Notes under the pieces: model-generated | What the model saw: the letters and a program-made list of their open reading frames with translations, nothing else | What the model was told of the DNA's origin: nothing | The model's database searches: none | Part shown: piece after piece, positions 26,451 through 33,732 of the stretch | Numbering within the stretch: the stretch's first letter is position 1 | Layout of the letters: the number at the start of each line of letters is the position of its first letter | Made by a program: the position numbers and the translations under genes | Virus record (IMG/VR): IMGVR_UViG_3300044274_000303 | Coordinates: 1 to 36,775 of that record | Origin: a virus | Taxonomy: Duplodnaviria; Caudoviricetes | Direction: 5' to 3' (one strand) | Length of the DNA stretch: 36,775 nucleotides

Positions 26451-27233
26451 TTAAAGGTTTAATGAATATGTTGTGCGCTTTGGCTTAACATAATTTGTAA
26501 TTAAAATTTCGTTTCTTTTGTTCTTTAGGTTTTGGCGCTCTTTTAAATAGATCACGTTCATTTTGTAGTCAGAAGCAAAATCTAATACTTGTTCAATATC
26601 AAATTCAGACATAGCAGAATTAATGCCGCTGGAGTCCATTATTTTAAAACAGTCTTCTGTATCTTCTACAGTCCATTTAGGCACTTTATAAGTATGTTCT
26701 GTAAATAGGTAAACAGGATCTAAATAATTGAAGCAAGCAGATTTTGGCGTTACATCTGGGTGAAAAGAAATTTTATTTAAAACGTCTCTAAAATCAACAT
26801 TGGTAATTTTTGCATTTGATAAATAGCTAAATGTTGGTTCTATTCTGTTTATTAGGTTTCTTTTACAATGGTCTATTCTTAAACGTATTGTATCACCTTT
26901 GCCTAAATAAGTGAAGTTTGATAGTAGTAAAAACCGTATGGCTTTTCTTAAAGGATCTGTTTCTAAATTTTTAAGCCAATATTTGATCAAGTTTTCAGTG
27001 ATTGGCAAAAGTTCTAATTGTTGCTTTAGTTCATCTTTACGATCAAGTAACACCAAATACAAATTAGTAACATCATCATCTGCATCATTCAATATTGAAA
27101 ACTTTGGCTTAGGCAAGTAAAAATAGCTGCCACCAGCGCCAAAGAAAAATTCTATTCGCATTCTGTGTGGCATAAAGTGTTGTTGTAACTCTTTAGCTAT
27201 TTTACGTTTATTACCTAACCTGGTTAATATCAT
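26451..27233 (-). CDS. DNA adenine methyltransferase (Dam/D12 class)
   Basis: LGNKRK, EFFFGAGG (motif I), ILND, DFRDV, YLDPVY (motif IV variant) and EILITNY. Confidence 0.9.
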   Translation of the reverse strand: MILTRLGNKRKIAKELQQHFMPHRMRIEFFFGAGGSYFYLPKPKFSILNDADDDVTNLYLVLLDRKDELKQQLELLPITENLIKYWLKNLETDPLRKAIRFLLLSNFTYLGKGDTIRLRIDHCKRNLINRIEPTFSYLSNAKITNVDFRDVLNKISFHPDVTPKSACFNYLDPVYLFTEHTYKVPKWTVEDTEDCFKIMDSSGINSAMSEFDIEQVLDFASDYKMNVIYLKERQNLKNKRNEILITNYVKPKRTTYSLNL

Positions 27234-27841
27234 GACCCAATAATTAATTCGTTTTGAGCTTGTTGTAATATGTGTTTACCTATTTCTGGATGAACACAAT
27301 TTCTTAAATTCTTTCTTTTATTTTTAAGTTTAAATTTTGATAAATCAAAGCCATATAATTTTTGATAATCACCTATTGAAGCTAATTTCATTGGCTTCGA
27401 TAGTTTATTGATTATTTCATATTTAGGTATGTGTAAATTTGACCAGAAAACATGCCTTTCTATAATTTGACCAGGGATTAACGGTTTATAGTATGGAATT
27501 ACATTTTCTACAACCCAACTACCCTTAAACCATTTGGTAAGAAATATGATCTCTTGATAAAGTTTCATATCTGGGTACACTGCATTATCACCTAAACCTA
27601 CCCTTGTTGTCTGTAATCTACTATGTGTTGGACAAGGAGGCGAACTCCATATAAAATCATATTCTTTATAATTGTTTATTAAATAGTCGTGCGCATCTTG
27701 TACTATAATATTATCATTAGGAAAATGGTATTTATAAGCTTCAGCTGTTGCTCTATCTTTTTCAACTGCTGTTATGTGATGTTTGTTAGACCATAATTTA
27801 CGATTACCACCTATACCACTATATAAATTAAGTATTTTCAT
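27230..27841 (-). CDS. Short C5-cytosine DNA methyltransferase
   Basis: LNLYSGIGG (I), WSSPPC (IV), VVENV (VI), R..FW (VIII) and LRNCV (X). Confidence 0.88.
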   Translation of the reverse strand: MKILNLYSGIGGNRKLWSNKHHITAVEKDRATAEAYKYHFPNDNIIVQDAHDYLINNYKEYDFIWSSPPCPTHSRLQTTRVGLGDNAVYPDMKLYQEIIFLTKWFKGSWVVENVIPYYKPLIPGQIIERHVFWSNLHIPKYEIINKLSKPMKLASIGDYQKLYGFDLSKFKLKNKRKNLRNCVHPEIGKHILQQAQNELIIGS

Positions 27842-27861
27842 GTTGTATAAAAATCAGGTTA

Positions 27862-28218
27862 TTAAAATGAATTTACTTTACTTGGGTTTTTGACCATTAA
27901 TGATAATCGTATTTTTCTGCGGTTGTAAAACTCTGGACTTACAAGGTTTTTTGCTTCAACTTCTATACAGGGTTCTATAGCTTTAAACATTTTCTTTTTA
28001 GCTAAATCCAACATTTCTTCATATTGTCTGGGTTCGCTCATAAAACTTGGTGCTGTGTGTATGTCAAAATCAAATTCAGATTTAATAACACCAAAATCAC
28101 TATGTGTATGTACTATATGTGGAAGTTTTGGGTAAGGGTCATAACCTATAATTTCTAAAAGTTCATCCCTTAAAAAGTTCGCTAAAGCCCTTTTAAATCG
28201 TTTTTTTATATTTTTCAT
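27862..28218 (-). CDS. Hypothetical protein
   Basis: 118-aa ORF in operon. Confidence 0.65.
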   Translation of the reverse strand: MKNIKKRFKRALANFLRDELLEIIGYDPYPKLPHIVHTHSDFGVIKSEFDFDIHTAPSFMSEPRQYEEMLDLAKKKMFKAIEPCIEVEAKNLVSPEFYNRRKIRLSLMVKNPSKVNSF

Positions 28219-28220
28219 TG

Positions 28221-28928
28221 TTATTTTGTAATTGTTTTACGTTTACGTTTAAGTAGGTCTAAATATGGTTTGCGTTCTGGGTCTTTACTCCAATCTAAAA
28301 TGGTGTCTTCTAATAATTGCCTATCCATATATTCAGTGATTTTATCTATGTAGATTTCTACACGCTTAACAAAATTTTTCTTTTCAACTTTAGCATAAGA
28401 TTTTTTTACATCATCCATTGTAATTGGTGTGCTGTTGAGTTCATTTTTTTGCGTGTTGTATTGCTGTTCTCGTAATTCGGCTTTTTTATCTAAATATTTA
28501 GGATACCATTCACCAAAAATCAAATTACTATCTATACTTTTTTTAGCTACTCCAAATTTGCCAGATCTACACATTTTAAAGAACAATATGACATCTTGTA
28601 AGCTTTCATAGGCAAAGCTTTCTAAAGTGTCTACAGTTAAGCTATCTACTTGATCGTCATTAAGCTTTGTAGTGAATGCAAAAGAGTCTATAAAACGACT
28701 TACCAGTACTTTTACAACACTAAATCCTACACTGCTATAATCACCTACAAAGACACTTCTTAGTATTGGCTTTGCAAATGTTTCATTAATGGTTAAACCC
28801 ATTTCAATTTGTGCCAATTTTGCATTGCCTTCAATAATACTTTTACTTAAACTTAAAGTTTCTCCCTGTCTCGCTTTCCATTGCGGATTTAAAGACTTGT
28901 TCGTTTGTTTTGTTAATTCCTTTGACAT
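28221..28928 (-). CDS. Hypothetical protein (conserved Bacteroidota phage type)
   Basis: 235 aa; L.D..LFFK..RSGKFG...ID...I..W...Y motif. Confidence 0.7.
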   Translation of the reverse strand: MSKELTKQTNKSLNPQWKARQGETLSLSKSIIEGNAKLAQIEMGLTINETFAKPILRSVFVGDYSSVGFSVVKVLVSRFIDSFAFTTKLNDDQVDSLTVDTLESFAYESLQDVILFFKMCRSGKFGVAKKSIDSNLIFGEWYPKYLDKKAELREQQYNTQKNELNSTPITMDDVKKSYAKVEKKNFVKRVEIYIDKITEYMDRQLLEDTILDWSKDPERKPYLDLLKRKRKTITK

Positions 28929-29406
28929 TGATTAATATTTTGTTGATTTGACTACTTATAAATTTTAGATCTGCGCTTTTTTTATAGAAGTCATCAAGTT
29001 TATTCCAGTTCTGCAAAATGATTTTCCAAAGCTGTAATGCTTCTTTTTCGTCTTGTGATATTTCAGTAAGGTATTTTATAATTGCCTTTAAACTTTTGCC
29101 ATCTGCTGCATTAAAGCGTGGTTTTATTTTCATAAATTCATCATAAAAGGCAAACCATTCATCTAAAAATTCTGTGTATAAAGTCTTAACTTTCACAATA
29201 GGGGTTATAGTGATTAAATGACCTAAATTTTGTTTGTGCTGTTCTATGTCTTTTTCTGTAGGTGGTATTAATGCACCAATACTTTTTACTTGTTCTTCTG
29301 TTAGTTTGCCTGTAAGCTTTTCTAACTTTAAAAACCTAGTATTTCGGTAAGTAACTTTTAAATTAGTGTTACAACTCTTAATATGTATTTTATAATGATT
29401 AGTCAT
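28843..29406 (-). CDS. Hypothetical protein (possibly replication/DNA-binding)
   Basis: 187 aa; FNAADGKSLKAI..YL..I.SQINKI pattern; overlaps the next gene by 86 bp. Confidence 0.7.
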   Translation of the reverse strand: MTNHYKIHIKSCNTNLKVTYRNTRFLKLEKLTGKLTEEQVKSIGALIPPTEKDIEQHKQNLGHLITITPIVKVKTLYTEFLDEWFAFYDEFMKIKPRFNAADGKSLKAIIKYLTEISQDEKEALQLWKIILQNWNKLDDFYKKSADLKFISSQINKILINVKGINKTNEQVFKSAMESETGRNFKFK

Positions 29407-29413
29407 AATTGCG

Positions 29414-29566
29414 CTAGCATTCTACTTGTTTATCTAACACAGTATTGCAATCATCACATACTGTTACAACTGTTTCGCATCCACAGGCAACAGCAATTAC
29501 TTTTAAATGCTTATTGTGATGCTTGCAATTAGTGTTTAACTGGTTATCTTTTTTTGGTTTAGCCAT
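29414..29566 (-). CDS. Unannotated 50-aa Cys/His-rich microprotein (putative Zn ribbon)
   Basis: MAKPKKDNQLNTNCKHHNKHLKVIAVACGCETVVTVCDDCNTVLDKQVEC; fills the gap between neighbours. Confidence 0.7.
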   Translation of the reverse strand: MAKPKKDNQLNTNCKHHNKHLKVIAVACGCETVVTVCDDCNTVLDKQVEC

Positions 29567-30035
29567 TTTGAGTTGCTAATATTTGTTTTTGGTTGTACTG
29601 GTCTACCATTTTTTCTAGCACTACTATGGTAATGCTTACTTCATTAGCATTCATTTCATTTAAAGGCTTCTTAATAGGCGCTTTAGTTTGTAACCAATTA
29701 CCAAAGCGCACCATATCTGCGAAGTATCTATTACTTACATCACTTTTATACTGCCAGTCCATTTGCTTTAGAAGGCTTAAAATATTCATGTGCGACTTCT
29801 TTTTATAGTCAAACTTTTGCCAATTATCAAGCCTTACAAATGGTCTTTTAAATGGTTTTGCACCAAGTGATATTAGTGCTTGGTTTGCTTCTTCAAAAGT
29901 TAGATGCTTTGTGCTTGTGCGCTCTGGGTCACTTGTAAAGCTATACACAAACGCTTTTTTAGCTTCTGGTTCATTAATAACATCTTTGTGAAGATGTACA
30001 TGTATGCGCTTTATTTGGTCTTTAGTGACTTGCAT
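29559..30035 (-). CDS. GemA/gp16-like (DUF1018-like) regulatory protein
   Basis: QIKRIH..RTSTKHLTFEEA..LI..L and C-terminal L..M...E....I..LEKM; typical of Mu-like early regions. Confidence 0.65.
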   Translation of the reverse strand: MQVTKDQIKRIHVHLHKDVINEPEAKKAFVYSFTSDPERTSTKHLTFEEANQALISLGAKPFKRPFVRLDNWQKFDYKKKSHMNILSLLKQMDWQYKSDVSNRYFADMVRFGNWLQTKAPIKKPLNEMNANEVSITIVVLEKMVDQYNQKQILATQNG

Positions 30036-30330
30036 TACTGTTGTTTAATTTTGATTTTTCAATTGCTTCATCCAATTTTTGTTGAAATCTGCTTTTTCTT
30101 ATAGGTGTTGTTTTCTTTGAAAATCGTTTAGCTTTTGTCTTTGATTTTACCAAATGGTATAATAAATAGATAGCTAAAATGACAACTAACAATGCGAGTA
30201 CACCCCAAAAAGGTAAAGTGACAAACCACCAAGACCAATCTATAAACCCTGTTAGCTTTAATACAACAAAGGCTACACCTAATAAACCTAAAACACCTAT
30301 GCCATTATTACTTGAACTATTTTTACTCAT
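30022..30330 (-). CDS. Small phage membrane protein (LKL.G.IDWSWW family)
   Basis: GLLGVAFVVLKLTGFIDWSWWFVTLPFW motif, two TM segments and a basic tail. Confidence 0.75.
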   Translation of the reverse strand: MSKNSSSNNGIGVLGLLGVAFVVLKLTGFIDWSWWFVTLPFWGVLALLVVILAIYLLYHLVKSKTKAKRFSKKTTPIRKSRFQQKLDEAIEKSKLNNSNASH

Positions 30331-30355
30331 ACTTTTTTTTGCTGTTTAATTATCA

Positions 30356-30505
30356 CTAAATTGTCTGTATATGTTGTTGGAATGCACGTATTTCATTAAC
30401 AGAAAGTTCTTCACGTGCAATCCATTCGCCATCACTATTTTTGTAAACTGCTTTGTGGTTTACAGAAAATTGATCTTCTTTTTGTTGCTTTATTTCTATT
30501 GCCAT
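30356..30505 (-). CDS. Unannotated 49-aa protein
   Basis: MAIEIKQQKEDQFSVNHKAVYKNSDGEWIAREELSVNEIRAFQQHIQTI; fills the intergenic gap in operon orientation. Confidence 0.7.
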   Translation of the reverse strand: MAIEIKQQKEDQFSVNHKAVYKNSDGEWIAREELSVNEIRAFQQHIQTI

Positions 30506-30512
30506 TGTGTTT

Positions 30513-30710
30513 TTAATTAAAGGTTAATCGTACGCTTTTAGTTGCTTGGTCACGTTTCCAAACTGCACCAGATGCAATGCGTGCAGCTTCAACTTCTTTT
30601 GCTTTTTTTAAAGCTTTTGTGGCGTGTTTTTTAAGCGCATTTGGATTTTGTAAAAACTTAATTTCTTCTAATGCTAAGTTTTCTTTTGCTGGTCGTGTTC
30701 TTCTGCTCAT
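30513..30710 (-). CDS. Hypothetical basic protein
   Basis: 65 aa; ATGA overlap with the Gam-like gene. Confidence 0.65.
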   Translation of the reverse strand: MSRRTRPAKENLALEEIKFLQNPNALKKHATKALKKAKEVEAARIASGAVWKRDQATKSVRLTFN

Positions 30711-31234
30711 ACTTCAACTTCTTCTTTTTTCAAGTCAATAAAAAATGTATCGTCTTGTACTACTTCAATACCCACTTCTGTCATTAAAGTTTTCGTAGCT
30801 GCATCATCACGTTTTGCTAACAATAAATCTTTAGCTGGTTCTTCTTTAGTTCTTAAAAAATCTATAGCCTTTTTAGATTGCAGTAATTTTAAAACAGCAG
30901 CCCAAGTGTAGCCTTTTAAGGTTTTAAGCTTTGGTGTGCCAGTTCTAAAGCCAATTAAACCGTGTGCAGTTTCAATGCTTTTTCTTTTCTTAAATAGTTC
31001 TGGCTTTACCTCATAGTACATTTGAAGCTTCTGGAAGTTTTCGTTAACCGTTTCTGTAGCATCTTGCAGATCTGCTGCATATTGTTCTCTAATCTTGGTA
31101 AATTTTTCGTCCATTTCTGCATTGATCTGTTCACGCTTTGCATGTGCCAATGCATATTTTGCTAAAACTCTATCTGCTTCTGCTGCATTAAGTGGTGGTA
31201 CTACGGTTTTCTTTTTTGCTCTTGATTTTCTCAT
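30707..31234 (-). CDS. gam: Host-nuclease inhibitor Gam-like protein
   Basis: Coiled coil followed by K.KSI...HG.IGFR.GTPKL..W..VL..L..FLRTKEE..KD.LL..GIEVVQDDTF; start at 31234 preferred (alternatives 31303 and 31348). Confidence 0.85.
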   Translation of the reverse strand: MRKSRAKKKTVVPPLNAAEADRVLAKYALAHAKREQINAEMDEKFTKIREQYAADLQDATETVNENFQKLQMYYEVKPELFKKRKSIETAHGLIGFRTGTPKLKTLKGYTWAAVLKLLQSKKAIDFLRTKEEPAKDLLLAKRDDAATKTLMTEVGIEVVQDDTFFIDLKKEEVEV

Positions 31235-31295
31235 TTTACTTGTTTTTGAATTAATAATTATTGGGTCTATTACCTCTATTTCGTTTATGTTTTTT

Positions 31296-31598
31296 CTATT
31301 CATATTCACTTGGTTTAAATGGTTTCCAGTAACATTTATCTGGGTCATATACTTCTAATACTCGATCTGAATTGTAGCGCAATTCTGGGCGTTCCCATTT
31401 GGCATCCAGTATTAATAGACCTAACTGGTGTACACGGTTTGTTGGTTTGTTTATTGGAAATACAACAGTGTCTTTTTGGTTAAGTGCTAAAGCCCACTGC
31501 TTATGTAAATAAATACGTTCTGCTATTGATAATTGTGGTTTAATATTATCGAATGCTAAAATGTTTAAGCAGTATTGTATGTATTCGTATTTGTTCAT
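31296..31598 (-). CDS. Hypothetical protein
   Basis: 100 aa; TAATG-coupled to the upstream small ORF. Confidence 0.6.
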   Translation of the reverse strand: MNKYEYIQYCLNILAFDNIKPQLSIAERIYLHKQWALALNQKDTVVFPINKPTNRVHQLGLLILDAKWERPELRYNSDRVLEVYDPDKCYWKPFKPSEYE

Positions 31599-31774
31599 TA
31601 GGCTTCAATTGTTTTTAAAGATGGGTTTTCATCAAAATGTGCTATTTTGGTGATGTAATAATTTATAGATCTAGCTATTCTGTTTTTTTCTGTAACACCA
31701 ATGGAATTTTGGTATTGCTCGTTAAGTTCTTCTAACTTCTTTTCTAATTGTGTTTTCGTGTATAGTGTTGTCAT
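31598..31774 (-). CDS. Unannotated 58-aa protein
   Basis: MTTLYTKTQLEKKLEELNEQYQNSIGVTEKNRIARSINYYITKIAHFDENPSLKTIEA; TAATG overlaps at both ends. Confidence 0.75.
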   Translation of the reverse strand: MTTLYTKTQLEKKLEELNEQYQNSIGVTEKNRIARSINYYITKIAHFDENPSLKTIEA

Positions 31775-32118
31775 TATACGCTTTGTTTTAAGGTGTCTTT
31801 AATCATATTTAAAAGCACACGTGGGTAAAAATTTTCTATTGCAGCTGGGTACGTTTTAAACAAATCCCAGAAGACCTGTGTATTATCATCTGCTATACTT
31901 ATGTATGCTTTGTTTTCATCAATAAATGCATCTTCAACATGTATTTTAAACTGCTTTAAATACCAGTTAAAAAGACTTTCATTGTTTACCAATACCTTTA
32001 AAGGAATATTGAAGGCTGAATACAGCATACACCAGTCGATGTAGCATTTAAAAACCAAGTCTGTGTACATATCTTGGTCTGTACCAATGAGTTTTATTAT
32101 TGTTTGTTGTTGTGTCAT
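31774..32118 (-). CDS. Hypothetical protein
   Basis: Start at ATG 32118 preferred (ATGA overlap with the upstream micro-ORF); LFNWY..Q....E..F motif. Confidence 0.65.
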   Translation of the reverse strand: MTQQQTIIKLIGTDQDMYTDLVFKCYIDWCMLYSAFNIPLKVLVNNESLFNWYLKQFKIHVEDAFIDENKAYISIADDNTQVFWDLFKTYPAAIENFYPRVLLNMIKDTLKQSV

Positions 32119-32201
32119 AACTTGTTTATTAATGCACCACATATTGTGCAGTATTCGTAATTATCTTCTATTAATGTGTCTAAATCGTGTTCGCATTCCA
32201 T
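32115..32201 (-). CDS. Unannotated 28-aa microprotein with CxH...CxxC
   Basis: MECEHDLDTLIEDNYEYCTICGALINKL; starts just after the ATPase stop (3-bp gap) and its stop overlaps the next ATG. Confidence 0.6.
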   Translation of the reverse strand: MECEHDLDTLIEDNYEYCTICGALINKL

Positions 32202-32204
32202 GCT

Positions 32205-32849
32205 TTATATTTTTAAATCGTTCCAATAGTCTTGTGCGCCTTGTTCCCAAATCACAAAAGGTTTTAAATTAATACCTCGTGCTGCTCTACTCATTGCTTT
32301 AGCTATAAAGCCTTCTACATCAATCTTAACATCTGCATCATACCATACTGCTTTTGCTAATGAGCCAGCTGCTTGCTTTCCTTCAACATGGCTTATAAAA
32401 ATTAATAGTGTGTTTGGTAATGCTGCTTGCATTTGTTTGTAATCTTGCTTGGTCATAAATGTGTACTGTATACTGTCTATTATGGCAATTCGTGGCGCTT
32501 GTTTTTTTTGTAGCCTTGAAATCATTTCTGGCATTGGTTCACGATGCAGTAAGATTAAACTACCCTTTGGCAGCTTGTTCATTTCCATTTCTTTAAATGC
32601 ATCTTGCATACTTTTACGTGCGCCTTCTTCTAATGAATTGTAAGCGACTTTACTGTACTTTGTTAACTCTTTTATTAACTGCAACACAAAAGTGGTTTTA
32701 CCATTAGCAGAAGCGCCTTTTATCATCCATGTGCCACTTGCTTCTGGTACTCCTATTAATTCTCTAAACCTTCCTGTTAGAGGTATTTCAATGAACTTTG
32801 TTTTTAATAATTCTTCTACAGATATTGCTCTTTTGCGCTGTTTTGCCAT
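32205..32849 (-). CDS. Second P-loop ATPase (RecA/Sms/KaiC-like)
   Basis: Walker A GASANGKT, YNSLEEG, Walker B IAIIDSIQY, IFISH and YDADVKI. Confidence 0.85.
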   Translation of the reverse strand: MAKQRKRAISVEELLKTKFIEIPLTGRFRELIGVPEASGTWMIKGASANGKTTFVLQLIKELTKYSKVAYNSLEEGARKSMQDAFKEMEMNKLPKGSLILLHREPMPEMISRLQKKQAPRIAIIDSIQYTFMTKQDYKQMQAALPNTLLIFISHVEGKQAAGSLAKAVWYDADVKIDVEGFIAKAMSRAARGINLKPFVIWEQGAQDYWNDLKI

Positions 32850-32855
32850 CTAACT

Positions 32856-33713
32856 TTATGCAGATTTCTTTTGATTTGCTTTTAGTTTTATTTTATCAAT
32901 ATCACGCCTTACACGTCTTAAATCACCTTCACTATTGTGATATATAAAAGACATATCGTCTGGGTCTGTAACACCATTTACCATACATATTTGCTGTACG
33001 TCAGCTTCCATAATTGGTGCAAGCTTTATGAACTTTTTACCTATTCGGCTGTATAATTCTGCATAACCTATTTTATCACGGTTAACGCCTTTTTTAATGC
33101 GCTTTTCTAAAGCTTCAACGCCACTTACTACAAACCCACAGTGTCCGCTTAAATCATTGTAGAAGTCCATAAATAAATCTAGCTGTGGATCTTTAAGCTT
33201 ATCAAACTGATCTATGATTAAAAGTGGTGTAGCCAGACCTTTTAAGTGTTTGATAAATCGGTTAATTAGTTCTTCTGTAGTACCTACTGAACTTAAACCA
33301 GAACTAATAAGTAATTGCTTGATGTAGCTTTTTTTAGTCCAGTAGTTTTTACATTCTACATAAATTACATTCTCATGTTTTCGTTCAAATTCTGTAAATG
33401 CTTGTGTTTTGCCTTTACCAGCACTATCACTAATGCCAATACTTAAACTTTCAGATTTTGCCACGCCTAAAAGGCTTTGTATTTGTGTGTAATTGTTAGT
33501 TGTGGCTATATTCCATTTTGGATCTATACGTAAAGTCACCTGTACTTTTCGCCACATAGCATCACTAATAAGTTTCCAGTTATTGTTAAGCATCTGGCTA
33601 ATTGTAGCAGAAGACACATCTGCTTGTAAAGCCAATTGGTTTTGACTGGTCTTGGTACTACGTCTTGCAAGTTCGTTTGCAATTAGTGTTTTGTGTTCTT
33701 TTGATAGTTCCAT
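32856..33713 (-). CDS. MuB-like transposition AAA+ ATPase with N-terminal HTH
   Basis: HTH SQNQLALQADVSSATISQM, Walker A AGKGKT, Walker B LLIIDQFDKL, ELYSRIG and GDLRRV. Confidence 0.9.
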   Translation of the reverse strand: MELSKEHKTLIANELARRSTKTSQNQLALQADVSSATISQMLNNNWKLISDAMWRKVQVTLRIDPKWNIATTNNYTQIQSLLGVAKSESLSIGISDSAGKGKTQAFTEFERKHENVIYVECKNYWTKKSYIKQLLISSGLSSVGTTEELINRFIKHLKGLATPLLIIDQFDKLKDPQLDLFMDFYNDLSGHCGFVVSGVEALEKRIKKGVNRDKIGYAELYSRIGKKFIKLAPIMEADVQQICMVNGVTDPDDMSFIYHNSEGDLRRVRRDIDKIKLKANQKKSA

Positions 33714-33732
33714 TTTAATTAAGTATTAAGTT

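Noticed and set aside
26451-27841. Restriction-modification system
   Set aside because: No recognisable endonuclease is adjacent; the MTases sit in the phage early/middle operon, as orphan anti-restriction genes do.
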